64,000 nucleotides of DNA. It comes from an uncultured Christensenella sp. Lineage in GTDB: Bacteria; Bacillota; Clostridia; Christensenellales; UBA3700. The stretch is taken from NCBI GenBank assembly GCA_964478025.1, contig CAYZGK010000004.1, positions 8,273-72,272 of the forward strand, in the 5' to 3' direction. A program made the translations under genes and the position numbers. Each line of letters begins with the position of its first letter. Position 1 is the stretch's first letter. A model generated the notes under the pieces. That model did not search any database, had not been told where the DNA came from, and saw only the letters and a program-made list of their open reading frames with translations. Shown one piece after another: positions 48,924-61,100 of the stretch.

Positions 48924-50615
48924 ATGGAAGACGACAACAAAAATGTTGAAATTCAAGATGCTGTTGAAGAAACCACCGAAAAAGATGTAAAAAAAGAAAA
49001 TGTCTTTTCAAAATAGCTTTCAGCCGCAGGTGCTTGGTTTACAAAGCTAGGCCAAAAGATTGTGAATTTATTCAATAAGCTTTCTGCTAAAATTGGTAAG
49101 AGAAATATGATTATCAGTTGTGCAGCAGTTGCAGTAGTACTTATTGCAGTAATTGTGACGGTTTCTGTAGTATGTGCTAATAATTCAAGTAGTAGTAAGA
49201 ATGCTACTGCAGTTACTGTATCATATGAATTAGAGGGCGGTACATCAGGCACTGGTGCTCTAGATACATATACAACTAAAAATGGAGATGTAGTTATTCC
49301 AAATCCTACAAAAACAGGTTATACATTCTTAGGTTGGACGACAAGTGAAAATTCTACTCCTAAAACAGATTATGTTATTGCTGCTGGTACAACTGGTGAT
49401 TTGACATTAACTGCTAATTGGGAAGCTAATGATTATACAATCAATATTAATGCTAATGGTTATACCCTTGTTGGAAATACAGGTAGCACATGTAGAGTAT
49501 TTTATGATTCAGATTATACTTTCCCTAAAGTTTCAGTAACAGGTAATGCATATTTTAAGGGTTGGATGTACAATGGTGAATTAGTAACTGATGCTAATGG
49601 TTTTACTGATAAATGGAGCATTGCAGAAGATGTAACTCTTACTCCTAAAATCGTAAAGATATATGATTATACAGATACAACTCAAAAGAGTTTAACATTT
49701 GGTTCTTATCCACAAACAAAAGTTACAGATACAACACTTTTATCTACTCTTAATGATAAAGCAGGTACATTACCTACAGCAGAAAATTTACAAAATTGGA
49801 AAGACTATGGATATTATAATTTCTGGAAAGTAGAAAGTTATATGTACTACATTGACATCGATTTAGACAAGGATGGTGAAAATGATTATAGAGGTGTATA
49901 TTTTACTCACAAGAGATGTTGGGCAACAAATGAAGATGTAGTTGTAAATCCTCAATTAACTTACCACTCTTATGATGCAAATCAAGTTTATTGGTTTAAA
50001 TATGAGCCTATTAAATGGACTATTTTAGAGACTAAAAATAACAAGATGATGATTATAAGTGATTTAATTCTTGATTCTCAAGATTTTAATCATATAAATT
50101 ATACGTTAAACGATGATGAAGGTGAAAATGAGACATGTACTGATTATCAAGGAAACTCAAAAACGGACATGGTTTATGCGGCCAATTACAAGTATTCTGC
50201 TGTAAGGTCTTGGTTGAATACTGCCTTTTATGAAACAGCATTCAAGTCGTATCAAAATGCAATTATAAATACTACAACAATAGATAATAGTGCAAGCTCA
50301 ACTAGTGGTAAGGGTTCAAGGTATGTATGTGAAGATACACAAGATAAAATGTTTTTACTTTCATATAGTGAGGCATCATATTTTACAGATAAGGCGTCTA
50401 GAGTGGTAGGATTTACCGATTATTCAAGAAGCCAAGGTTTGTTTGTGTGGCCAAATTCTCCTACAGTTGGTCAATATTGGCTTCGTTCTCCATATGATGA
50501 TAATAAAGCTTGGCATGTTTCAGAAACTGGTGAAATCAGTGATAGTTTTGGTGATACAGTTAATACATATTATGGTATACGTGCAGTATGTTGGATTACT
50601 TCTTTTGAATCATAA
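48924..50615 (+). CDS. Membrane-anchored InlB-B-repeat plus DUF6273-like protein; in-frame TAG at 49014-49016
   Basis: PNPTKTGYTFLGW repeat; TFGSYPQT, YEPIKWTIL, AVRSWLN, DKMFLLS, YWLRSP, YGIRA motifs; restart possible at GTG 49062. Confidence 0.75.
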
Positions 50616-50640
50616 AAATTAAAAAATCAAATTATTAATC

Positions 50641-50673
50641 AAGAAAGAGTTTGGCATTGCTAGACTCTTTCTT
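50641..50673 (+). terminator. Intrinsic terminator
   Basis: AAGAAAGAGTTTGGC-ATT-GCTAGACTCTTTCTT. Confidence 0.75.
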
Positions 50674-50803
50674 TGTAATTTAGCGGACTTAACTTGTGTA
50701 TTCAACTTTAGTTATAAAAAATTAAAGAATGCAAAATAGATAGTTGCTAAAAATTAGCCTTATTATTATAATAATTAAGTTAAAGAAAAAGAGAGGGTGT
50801 TTT

Positions 50804-51811
50804 ATGGCACTAATTATACCAAAGGATTATAAGAATGTTCTTTCAGTTAGAGAGACAGAAAGAGCAATAAAAACAGCAAGAACAATTTTTCAAAATGAAT
50901 TATGTGAAAAATTAAATCTAGAAAGAGTAACAGCTCCAATGTTTGTAATGGCTGGAACTGGTATTAATGATGACTTAAATGGAACTGAAAGAGCAGTTTC
51001 TTTTGATATACTTCATTATAAAGGAGTAGAAGGTCAAGTTGTTCATTCTCTTGCAAAATGGAAGAGAATTGCACTTGCAAAATATGGCTTTAATGTAGGT
51101 GAAGGTATTTATACAAATATGAATGGTATTCGTCGTGATGAAGAGATGGATAACATTCACTCAATTTATGTTGATCAATGGGATTGGGAAAAAGTTATTT
51201 CTAAAGAACAAAGAAATATGGAATATCTTAAAAAGACAGTTCAAGATATAGTAAATGCAATTGCTGATGCAAAAGAAGCCATTACAAAATTATATCCTCA
51301 ACTTAACAAAAAGATATGTAGAGATGTAACTTTTATTACAGCTCAAGAACTTGAAGATTTATATCCAAATTGTTCTCCAAAAGAAAGAGAATATAAATTT
51401 GTAAAGAAACATAAGACAATTTTTATTATGCAAATTGGTGATGTATTAAAATCAGGAGAAAAGCATGATGGAAGAGCTCCAGATTATGATGACTGGAAAT
51501 TAAATGGCGATATCATTATGTATAATGAAATTCTAGATATTGCTTTTGAAGTATCTTCTATGGGTATAAGAGTTGACGAAAAAGCACTTCGTGAACAACT
51601 AGCAAAATCTGAACATGAAGAAAGATTAGTATTACCTTTCCATAAAATGCTTTTAAATGGTGAATTACCATTAAGTATTGGTGGTGGTATTGGTCAATCA
51701 AGAATGTGTATGTTGCTTTTAGAAAAAGCCCACATTGGTGAAGTTCATACTTCAATTTGGCCAGAAGATATGATTAAAAAGTGTAAAGAAGCTGGAATAG
51801 AAATTCTTTAA
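50804..51811 (+). CDS. asnA: Aspartate-ammonia ligase
   Basis: GINDDLNGTE, VHSLAKWKR, YVDQWDWE, HDGRAPDYDDW, GGGIGQSR; ATG 50804. Confidence 0.97.
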   Translation: MALIIPKDYKNVLSVRETERAIKTARTIFQNELCEKLNLERVTAPMFVMAGTGINDDLNGTERAVSFDILHYKGVEGQVVHSLAKWKRIALAKYGFNVGEGIYTNMNGIRRDEEMDNIHSIYVDQWDWEKVISKEQRNMEYLKKTVQDIVNAIADAKEAITKLYPQLNKKICRDVTFITAQELEDLYPNCSPKEREYKFVKKHKTIFIMQIGDVLKSGEKHDGRAPDYDDWKLNGDIIMYNEILDIAFEVSSMGIRVDEKALREQLAKSEHEERLVLPFHKMLLNGELPLSIGGGIGQSRMCMLLLEKAHIGEVHTSIWPEDMIKKCKEAGIEIL

Positions 51812-51825
51812 TTAAAAGGAGAATC

Positions 51826-53196
51826 ATGGAAACCTATAAGAAATTTTTAAGGGAAAATATGCCTAAAATCAAAAAGCTAACAAAGATCACTGAAAAATGT
51901 GATAAAATCTCTGCTGACTTATTTGAAAAGCATAAAGTTTTCAGAGGACTTAGAGATAATCAAGGACGTGGAGTTGTAACAGGTCTTACTGAAATTTCCG
52001 AAATTAATGCTTTTAGGTATACAGAAGATGGACAAAGAATCCCAATTGAAGGAGAGTGTTTCTTTAGAGGAATACCAATTCAACAATTAATCAATGGTGG
52101 TTCATATGATGGAAGATTTGGTTTTGAAGAAACAGCATACCTTTTACTTTGTGGTAAACTTCCAAATAAAGAAGAATTAGACGATTTTATATATCTTTTA
52201 AGTGGTCTTAGACAATTGCCAGATACTTTCTTAAGAGACGTAATTTTAAAGGCTGTATCAGAAAATATTATGAACGCTATGGCAAAGTGTGTACTATCAC
52301 TATATTCGTATGATGATAAAGCAGATGATTTGTCTATAGAAAATGTTTTCATGCAATGTTTAAAATTGATTGCATGCTTCCCAATGCTTGCTGTTCATAG
52401 TTTTGAAGCTCACAAATATTATCATCAAGGAAAGAACTTAAAAATAAGAATTCCAAAGCCTTATTTATCTACTGCTGAAAATATTCTTTATATGTTAAGA
52501 GGTACTGGTAAATATACACAAGAAGAAGCAAGACTACTAGATGTATGTTTAATACTTCACGCTGAGCATGGTGGTGGTAATAACTCAACATTTACAACAA
52601 GAGTTGTAACATCATCAGGAACAGACACATATTCAGCAATTGCAGCGGCTTTAGGTTCATTAAAGGGTCCTAAACATGGTGGCGCAAATATTAAAGTTGT
52701 ACAAATGATGGAAGATATAAAGGCTCATGTAAAGGATTATTCTGATGAAGAAGTAAAAGGTTACTTAAAGAAAATCTTAGATGGTGAAGCATTTGATAAA
52801 CAAGGTTTGATTTATGGTATGGGCCATGCAATTTATTCATTATCTGATCCTCGTGCAAATGTTTTACAAGGATTATTATTTGATGAGAATTTACACTTTG
52901 AACATACTGAAGATTTTGAACTTTATAAACAAGTTTATAAATTAGGTCCACAAGTTATAGCTGAGAATAAAAAGTTATTTAAAGGCGTTGCAGTTAATAT
53001 TGATTTCTATACAGGATATATCTACAAAATGTTGCATATATCTCAAGAATTGTTTACTCCAATTTTTGCTATAGCAAGAATAGCAGGATGGTCAGCTCAT
53101 AGAATAGAGGAACTTATAAATCAAGGAAAGATTATTCGTCCAGCATATGTAGCCGTTGGAGAAAGACAAGAGTACGTTCCACTTCAAGATAGATAA
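51826..53196 (+). CDS. gltA: Citrate synthase
   Basis: LHAEHGGGNNST, GPKHGGAN, GMGHAIY, NIDFY, ARIAGWSAH. Confidence 0.95.
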   Translation: METYKKFLRENMPKIKKLTKITEKCDKISADLFEKHKVFRGLRDNQGRGVVTGLTEISEINAFRYTEDGQRIPIEGECFFRGIPIQQLINGGSYDGRFGFEETAYLLLCGKLPNKEELDDFIYLLSGLRQLPDTFLRDVILKAVSENIMNAMAKCVLSLYSYDDKADDLSIENVFMQCLKLIACFPMLAVHSFEAHKYYHQGKNLKIRIPKPYLSTAENILYMLRGTGKYTQEEARLLDVCLILHAEHGGGNNSTFTTRVVTSSGTDTYSAIAAALGSLKGPKHGGANIKVVQMMEDIKAHVKDYSDEEVKGYLKKILDGEAFDKQGLIYGMGHAIYSLSDPRANVLQGLLFDENLHFEHTEDFELYKQVYKLGPQVIAENKKLFKGVAVNIDFYTGYIYKMLHISQELFTPIFAIARIAGWSAHRIEELINQGKIIRPAYVAVGERQEYVPLQDR

Positions 53197-53214
53197 AAAT
53201 AAGATTAATAAATA

Positions 53215-53241
53215 TGACTAGGGAAACCTAGTCAATTTTTT
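53215..53241 (+). terminator. Intrinsic terminator
   Basis: TGACTAGG-GAAA-CCTAGTCA plus T tract. Confidence 0.8.
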
Positions 53242-53363
53242 ACTTTGTAAAAATAAAGAAAAATTATAAACTTAGATATTTTTTTTATTAAACACATCTT
53301 GTATAATACATAAAACACCTAACTGAGTTATCAGTTAAATTTAAGTGTATATATGAGGTAAGT

Positions 53364-53903
53364 ATGGAGAACAAGTACAAAGGAACACAAACAGAAAAGA
53401 ATCTTGAAGCTGCTTTTGCTGGGGAATCACAAGCTAGAAATAAATACACCTATTTTGCATCTGTAGCTAAAAAAGAGGGTTATGAACAAATTGCAGCTTT
53501 ATTTTTAAAAACTGCTGAAAACGAAAAGGAACATGCAAAGCTTTGGTTTAAAGAATTAAAAGGCATAGGAAACACATCTGAAAACTTAAGTGCTGCCGCT
53601 GATGGTGAAAATTATGAGTGGACTGATATGTATGAAAACTTTGCAAAAACAGCAGAAGAGGAAGGCTTTACAGAACTTGCGGCAAGATTTAGAGCAGTAG
53701 GTGCTATTGAAAAAGAACATGAGGAAAGATATAGAGCACTACTTCAAAATGTTGAATCTGCTAAAGTTTTTGAAAAAAGTGAAATTAAGGTATGGGAGTG
53801 TAGAAATTGCGGACATGTTGTCGTTGGTAAAAAAGCACCGGAGGTTTGTCCGGTTTGCAATCACCCACAAAGTTTCTTTGAGATAAAAGAAAACAATTAT
53901 TGA
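53364..53903 (+). CDS. rbr: Rubrerythrin
   Basis: [32 protein letters not shown]...CPVC. Confidence 0.97.
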   Translation: MENKYKGTQTEKNLEAAFAGESQARNKYTYFASVAKKEGYEQIAALFLKTAENEKEHAKLWFKELKGIGNTSENLSAAADGENYEWTDMYENFAKTAEEEGFTELAARFRAVGAIEKEHEERYRALLQNVESAKVFEKSEIKVWECRNCGHVVVGKKAPEVCPVCNHPQSFFEIKENNY

Positions 53904-54087
53904 TTTTTTATCATGAAAATTTAAAAAGACATCCAAAAAGGGTGTTTTTTTTGTAGTTTATCAACACTGTGACACACAAGTGTTGCATTAACAAAAATAT
54001 ATAAAAATCAAGTCTTTTTTTTAAAAATTTACATAGTATAATAAATTTTAGTGATAAGGTTATTTTATGATAAGGAGGGAAAATAAA

Positions 54088-55341
54088 ATGGCTTATGATG
54101 CATATGAGAATTTCTTATCTGTTGTAGATAAGGCTGCAAAAGCTGTTGGAATGGATGAACAGGATTATATATCCATAAAATATCCAGAACGAGAGCTTAA
54201 AGTATCACTTCCAGTTAGAATGGATGATGGTAAGATTAAGGTGTTTGAAGGATATCGTGTACAACATTGTTCTTCAAGGGGCCCATGTAAGGGAGGTATT
54301 AGATATCACCAAGACTCGGATATTACAGAAGTTAGAGCACTTGCTGCATGGATGAGTTTTAAGTGTGCTGTTGTTAATATTCCTTATGGTGGTGCAAAGG
54401 GTGCAATTAAAGTTGATCCATCAACTTTATCTAAAGGTGAACTTGAAAGATTAACAAGAAGATACACAGCTTCAATTTTGCCAATAATTGGACCACAAAA
54501 AGATATTCCTGCGCCAGATGTTAACACAAATGCTCAAATAATGGACTGGGTAATGGATACTTATTCAATGATGAGTGGTTATACAATTCCAGGTGTTGTT
54601 ACAGGTAAAGATTTAGCCGTAGGTGGCTCAATTGGTCGTCCTGAGGCAACGGGCCGTGGTGTTATGATTATAACGCTTCAACTTTTAAAGAAATTAGGTA
54701 TTGATCCAAATAATATTTCAATTGCAATTCAAGGTATGGGAAATGTTGGTGCAACAGCAGCAAAACTTCTATATGAACAAGGTTGTAAGATTGTAGCAGT
54801 ATCAGATGTTTCTGGTGGTATTAGAAATGAAAACGGATTAAATATTAAAGAAGTTTTAGCATTTATTGGAAATAAGCAAAGATTCTTAAAAGATTATGTT
54901 GCACAAGGTGTTGAGCATATAGATAATCAACAATTATTGACAACAAAATGTGATTTATTAATTCCAGCAGCTATGGAAAATCAAATTACAGTAGATAATG
55001 CTGATAAATTACAATGTAAGTATATTGTAGAAGCCGCTAATGGTCCTACAACAAAAGATGCTGATGAAATTTTGGATAAGAGAGGAATAATCTTAGTCCC
55101 AGATATTTTAGCAAACGCTGGTGGTGTTACTGTTTCATACTTTGAATGGGTACAAAATATTCAATCACTAGCTTGGGATTTAGATGATGTTAATTCTATG
55201 CTTGAAAAAATTATGATTAAAGCTTGGAATGAATTAGATAAGAGAGCAACAGATGCTAAGTTAACATATAGATTAGCAGCATATGTTGTAGCTATTGAGA
55301 GAATTTCAAAAGCTAAGAAATTAAGAGGAATTTTCCCTTGA
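54088..55341 (+). CDS. gdhA: Glutamate dehydrogenase (Glu/Leu/Phe/Val family)
   Basis: GPCKGGIRY, PYGGAKG, DIPAPD, ATGRG, QGMGNVG, EAANGP, NAGGV. Confidence 0.95.
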   Translation: MAYDAYENFLSVVDKAAKAVGMDEQDYISIKYPERELKVSLPVRMDDGKIKVFEGYRVQHCSSRGPCKGGIRYHQDSDITEVRALAAWMSFKCAVVNIPYGGAKGAIKVDPSTLSKGELERLTRRYTASILPIIGPQKDIPAPDVNTNAQIMDWVMDTYSMMSGYTIPGVVTGKDLAVGGSIGRPEATGRGVMIITLQLLKKLGIDPNNISIAIQGMGNVGATAAKLLYEQGCKIVAVSDVSGGIRNENGLNIKEVLAFIGNKQRFLKDYVAQGVEHIDNQQLLTTKCDLLIPAAMENQITVDNADKLQCKYIVEAANGPTTKDADEILDKRGIILVPDILANAGGVTVSYFEWVQNIQSLAWDLDDVNSMLEKIMIKAWNELDKRATDAKLTYRLAAYVVAIERISKAKKLRGIFP

Positions 55342-55364
55342 TTTAGTTAAGTAAAACACACTTA

Positions 55365-55401
55365 GGCAAGTACTTATAAAATGGTACTTGCCATTTTTTT
55401 T
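55365..55401 (+). terminator. Intrinsic terminator
   Basis: GGCAAGTAC/GTACTTGCC stem plus T tract. Confidence 0.8.
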
Positions 55402-55480
55402 ATGAAAGGACTTGAAAAAATATTTTTTTTCGGCTATTATAACATTGAATATTAAAATAGTCGAAAATTTAGAGGTAGAT

Positions 55481-56704
55481 ATGTACATAAAAAGACATGC
55501 TGAAAAAACTACAAAAGAGCTTGCGCAAATGTTTGGTGCTGTATTAATTGCAGGGCCTAGACAGGTGGGTAAAACTACTATGCTTGAAAAAATAACAAAG
55601 GGAGTTAATTATATTTCATTAGATGACCCTGTTATGAGGGCAAGTGCAAAGGTAGAAACGGGCACGTTCTTTAAAGATAATCCGCCTCCTGTTTTTGTTG
55701 ATGAGATACAAAAAGTTCCAGAACTTTTTGAACAAATAAAACTTATTATTGATAAATCACATAAAAAAGGTCAATTTTTTATGTGTGGTTCACAACAATT
55801 TCAAATGATGAAAGGTGTTAGTGAATCTCTTGCTGGAAGGATTGGATTGTGTACATTACTTGGGCTTTCTCTGCGTGAAGTTCAAGGAATTTTGTGCGAT
55901 TTACCATTTTTACCATCTAATTTCTATTTAAGTAAAAGAAGAGAAGATTTTAAAGATATATCTTATAAAGATATATGGGGTATTATACATAGAGGCTTAA
56001 TGCCAGAATTATATACTAACAAAAAAAATAGATGGGAATTATTTTATTCTGGCTATGTTGGAACGTATATAGAAAGAGATGTAAAGGAATTTACAGAGAT
56101 AGGAAACACAATTAAGTTTACAAACTTTATGGTAGCAGCAGCTGCTATGACAGGACAACTTTTAAACTTAACATCACTTGCTCGTGATGTAGGGGTAAGT
56201 GTTCCTACAATAGAAAGATGGCTTTCAATCTTAGTTGCCTCTAATATAGTTTATCTTTTACCACCTTATTCTAATAATGTCTTAAAGCGTGCAGTTAAAA
56301 CTCCAAAATTGTATTTTTTGGATACAGGACTTGTTGCATATCTTACAAAGTGGAGTTCTCCTGAAGTTTTAAAAAATGGCGCAATGGCAGGGCATATATT
56401 TGAAACATTTGTAGTATCTGAAATAATAAAAAGTTATTACAATGCCGGAATAATTAATCCGCCAATATACTTTTATAGAGATAAAGATATGAATGAAATA
56501 GATATTCTGATTGAGGAAAATGGTGTGTTATATCCACTAGAAATTAAAAAACATGCTGATCCAAAAAAATCCGATGCTAAAGCATTTAACATTATAGATA
56601 ACATACAAAATGTGAAAAGAGGACAAGGTGGTATTATTTGCCTTTATGATAAGCTCGTGACTTTAGATGAGGGTGTTAAAGTAATTCCTGTAAATTATTT
56701 ATAA
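55481..56704 (+). CDS. AAA_14 ATPase with DUF4143 domain
   Basis: GPRQVGKTT, FVDEIQK, SLAGR, KTPKLYFLDTG, EIDILIE..EIK. Confidence 0.9.
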   Translation: MYIKRHAEKTTKELAQMFGAVLIAGPRQVGKTTMLEKITKGVNYISLDDPVMRASAKVETGTFFKDNPPPVFVDEIQKVPELFEQIKLIIDKSHKKGQFFMCGSQQFQMMKGVSESLAGRIGLCTLLGLSLREVQGILCDLPFLPSNFYLSKRREDFKDISYKDIWGIIHRGLMPELYTNKKNRWELFYSGYVGTYIERDVKEFTEIGNTIKFTNFMVAAAAMTGQLLNLTSLARDVGVSVPTIERWLSILVASNIVYLLPPYSNNVLKRAVKTPKLYFLDTGLVAYLTKWSSPEVLKNGAMAGHIFETFVVSEIIKSYYNAGIINPPIYFYRDKDMNEIDILIEENGVLYPLEIKKHADPKKSDAKAFNIIDNIQNVKRGQGGIICLYDKLVTLDEGVKVIPVNYL

Positions 56705-56804
56705 TAAACATGGGATACAAGTGCTATAAAACGTTTATTTTTCTTTACAACGCACGTATATATATTTATAATTAAAATAATTACGTAAGACTTAAGGAAA
56801 CTAA

Positions 56805-58175
56805 ATGAAAATAGCTATATATAGTATTTCGATTGTACTTTTAATTATTTTATCAGGAATATTTTCTGCTGCAGAGACAGCATATTCTTCATTATCTAAA
56901 CTAAAGTTTAAGGCATGGTCTGAGGAAAAGGGCAAAAAATTTAATTGGGCTGCTGCTTTAGGGGATAATTACGAAAAACTTTTATCAACAATTCTTATTG
57001 GAAATAATATCGTTAATATAAGTGCAGCATCTTTAGGCACATTATTATTTACTGAATTATTAAAAAATAATGCATCTTTAGGTAGTTTAATTTCTACTAT
57101 TGTTATTACAATTGTAGTACTTCTTTGTGGTGAAGTTGGACCTAAAACTTTAGCAAAGAGAAATCCAGAACCAATTGCATTAAATACAGCATTATTTATT
57201 TTGATTTTATTCTACGTGTTCTATCCATTTAACTTAATATTAGGTGCATGGCAAAAATTACTTAGAAAAATTGTTAAGAAAGAGGCAGTACAACAAATTA
57301 CTGATGATGATTTAATTAATATTGTTGAAGAAGCAGAAAACTCTGGAAACATAGATGAAGATGAATCTGAACTTATTCAAAATGCAATTAACTTTGATGA
57401 TTTAACAGTTGAGGATGCTTTAACAGCTCGTGTTGATGTAGTTGCTATTGATGTAAAATCTTCAATGGATAAAGTTCTTGAGGTATTTAGAGAATCTGGC
57501 TATTCAAGACTTCCTGTTTATAAAGGTTCAATTGATAACATCGTAGGTATATTAAACGAAAAAGATTTTTATAAAGCATATACAACAGGTACAGAAACAA
57601 AGATTAGAAATATTATGTCAAAGAATATAATTTCTATTCCTGGTTCAACACCACTTCCAGATATCTTGGAAAGATTACAAAAAGGTAAAATGCATATGGC
57701 AATTGTAATCTCAGAAGATAGAGGAGGAATATCTGGTATTATAACTCTTGAGGATATTCTTGAGGAACTTGTTGGTGAAATATGGGACGAACATGATGAT
57801 ATTCGTGAACCTGTTAAGAAAATATCTGATAATGAATATGAAGTTTTAGGTGATTATACTTTGGATGATTTCTTTGATTTATGTAACATAGACGAAGATT
57901 CTGATGATTATGATCCTGTAAAGGTAAGTGGATTTATTTCGATGCTTTTAGGAAGAGCTCCAGTTGTTGGAGATGAAGTTGATTTCCAAAATTTACATAT
58001 CACAGTACTTGAGGTTGAATATAACAAAATTATCTCATGTAATGTAAAGATAAAAGATAAGAAAGAGGAAGAAGAAAATAACGACTTTTTAATCCGTGGA
58101 TTAGGTCGTGGAAATGATAATAATAATGAAAATAATGAAAATGAAGAAGATTTAGACAAATCGGAGGATAAATAA
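56805..58175 (+). CDS. CNNM/CBS/CorC (hemolysin-family) membrane protein
   Basis: FSAAETAYSS, TILIGNNIVN, GEVGPK, SGYSRLPVY, TLEDILEELVGEIWDEHD. Confidence 0.93.
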   Translation: MKIAIYSISIVLLIILSGIFSAAETAYSSLSKLKFKAWSEEKGKKFNWAAALGDNYEKLLSTILIGNNIVNISAASLGTLLFTELLKNNASLGSLISTIVITIVVLLCGEVGPKTLAKRNPEPIALNTALFILILFYVFYPFNLILGAWQKLLRKIVKKEAVQQITDDDLINIVEEAENSGNIDEDESELIQNAINFDDLTVEDALTARVDVVAIDVKSSMDKVLEVFRESGYSRLPVYKGSIDNIVGILNEKDFYKAYTTGTETKIRNIMSKNIISIPGSTPLPDILERLQKGKMHMAIVISEDRGGISGIITLEDILEELVGEIWDEHDDIREPVKKISDNEYEVLGDYTLDDFFDLCNIDEDSDDYDPVKVSGFISMLLGRAPVVGDEVDFQNLHITVLEVEYNKIISCNVKIKDKKEEEENNDFLIRGLGRGNDNNNENNENEEDLDKSEDK

Positions 58176-58176
58176 G

Positions 58177-61100
58177 ATGTACGATAAAGTAGATTCTAGT
58201 ATGAACTTCTTAGATAGAGAAAAAGAAGTTTTAAAGTTCTGGAAAGATAATGATGTTTTTCCAAAGAGTATTGAACAAAATGAGGGGAAAGAAGAATTTT
58301 CTTTCTATGATGGACCTCCAACAGCCAATGGTATGCCACATATAGGACACGTACTTACTCGTGTTATTAAGGATATTATTCCAAGATATAAGACAATGAA
58401 GGGATACCACGTTTTAAGAAAGGCTGGTTTTGATACTCATGGTCTTCCTGTTGAACTTCAAGTTGAAAAAGAACTTGGAATGGATGGTAAGGAAGAAATT
58501 GAAGCATACGGAATTGAACCATTTATTAAAAAGTGTAAAGAGTCTGTTTGGAAATATAAAAACGAATGGATAAAGATGTCAGATAAAGTTGCTTACTGGT
58601 GCGATATGGAGCACCCATATATAACATATGAGGATGACTATATTGAATCAGAATGGTGGGCTTTAAAGACTATTTCAGATAAAGGTTTATTATACAAAGG
58701 TCACAAAATTGTTCCATATTGTCCTCGTTGTGGTACAGCATTATCTTCTCACGAAGTTGCTCAAGGCTACAAGGATGTAAAGGAAATTTCTGTATTTGCA
58801 AAGTTTAAGAGAGTTGGCAAGGAAGGTTATTTCTTAGCATGGACAACAACTCCATGGACACTTCCATCAAACGTTGCACTATGTATGAACGCTGATGAAA
58901 ATTATGTAGAGATAAAAGCAGAGGATGGTCAAGTTTATGTTCTTGCCGAAGCTTTAGCTTCTAAATTATTTGAAAACTATGAAACTATTTCTACAAAGAA
59001 AGGTAAGGAATATGAATATGCAGAATATGAACCTTTATATAATTGCTATAATGGCGACAAAAAGGCTTTCTATGTAGTTAATGACCCATATGTAACATTA
59101 ACTGATGGTACAGGTATCGTTCATATTGCTCCTGCATTTGGTGAAGATGACTATAAGGTTGGTAAAAAGTATGATTTACCTTTTGTACAAATGGTTGATG
59201 ATAAAGGTAATATGAAGAAAGAGACTCCTTTTGCTGGTATATTCTGTAAAGATGCAGATAAGTTAGTAATTAAGGATTTATATGAAAGAGGTTTATTGTT
59301 CAAAGAATTAAAATTTGAACATAGCTATCCATTCTGCTGGAGATGTAACACACCACTTTTATATTATGCTAGATCTTCATGGTTTATTAAGATGACAGAC
59401 CCAACTGTTAAGGCAAACCTACTAAAGAATAATGCTTCAGTAAACTGGATGCCTCCAACAATTGGTACAGGAAGAATGGGTAACTTCTTAGAGAACGTTA
59501 TTGACTGGGGTATTTCAAGAGAAAGATATTGGGGAACTCCACTTCCAATTTGGGTATGTAAAGATTGTGGTAAGATTAAAGTTATTGGTTCAAGAGAAGA
59601 ACTTAGAAAATATGGTAATTTAGACCATGATATTGAGTTACATAGACCATACCTTGATGATGTTAAGTTTAAGTGTGAATGTGGTGGCGATATGTATAGA
59701 ACTCCAGAAGTACTAGATTGCTGGTTTGACTCTGGTTCTATGCCTTTTGCACAACTTCATTATCCATTTGAAAACAAGGAATTATTTGAAGCTCATTATC
59801 CAGCTGACTTTATATCTGAGGCAGTTGACCAAACAAGAGGATGGTTCTATACATTACTTGCAATATCTACAATATTATTCAATAAATCTCCATTTAAGAA
59901 TTGTATTGTTTTAGGTCACGTTAATGATAAGAATGGTATTAAGATGAGTAAGCATATTGGAAACGTTGTTGATCCAAACTCAGTTTTAGATGTTCAAGGT
60001 GCAGATGCTATACGTTGGTATTTCTACTCATCATCAGCTCCATGGCTTCCAACTCGTTTCTCAGCAGATAATGTTTCAGAATCTCAAAGAAAGTTTATGG
60101 GAACACTTTGGAACTCTTATTCATTCTTTGTTTTATATGCAAATATTGATGGTTATGATCCAACAAAATATTCATTAAAAGATTGTAAGTTATCTCATAT
60201 GGATAAATGGATATTATCTAACTTAAATACAGTTGTTGATACAGTAGATAAGAACTTAGATCAATACAAAATTACAGAATCAACTCGTGTACTACAAGAT
60301 TTTGTTGATGTACTTTCTAACTGGTACATAAGACGTGGTAGAGAAAGATACTGGGCTAAAGACATGACAGATGACAAGATTGCTGCATATACAACTTTAT
60401 ATACAGTACTTGTAACATTAGCTAAGGTTTTAGCTCCATTCACTCCATTTATGTCAGAATCAATTTATAGAAACTTAGTAACTAACTTTGATAAGAACGC
60501 TCCAATTTCTGTACATTTATGTTCATATCCAGTTGCTGATAAATCTATGATAGATAAAGATCTTGAAAAAGATATGGATGTTGTTTTAAAGGCAGTAGCA
60601 TTAGGAAGAGCTGTAAGAGCTAAAGCTAATTTAAAGAATAGACAACCTCTTGCTGAGTTATTTATTTTAACAGACGCTAAACTTGCAGATGAAAAGATGT
60701 TAACTTTAGTTGCTGATGAACTTAACGTAAAGAAAGCTGAAATTGTTTCAGATAATGCTAAGTTTATGACTTATGAATTAAAGCCTCAATTAAAGACTTT
60801 AGGACCAAAGTATGGTAAGTCATTAGGCGGAATTAGAGAGCATTTATCTAAGGTTAGTGGAACAAGCGAAGCAAATGATATTGTAAATTTAGTAAACGCT
60901 GGAAATACATATAAGTTCAATGTAGGAGATGTTGAGGTTGAATTAACAAAAGAGGATATCTTAGTTAATCCAATTAATAAGGCAGGATATGCATTAGAAT
61001 CAGATAACAATATGACAGTAATTTTAGATACTAATTTAACTCAAGATTTAATTGATGAAGGTATTTCAAGAGAATTAACTTCAAAGATTCAAACAATGAG

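Noticed and set aside
50430-50615. DUF6273 C-terminus as a DGR variable region
   Set aside because: No template repeat or reverse transcriptase seen in the window.
50744-55480. Track starts at 50744, 54067 and 55412 (also 41744, 44208, 28528)
   Set aside because: Downstream ATGs fit RBS or promoter position and family N-termini better.
18-61010. Short antisense or alternate-frame ORFs in the track (e.g. 545..766, 8491..8760, 36958..37248, 45668..46117)
   Set aside because: They overlap well-supported genes, lack RBSs and show shadow-ORF composition.
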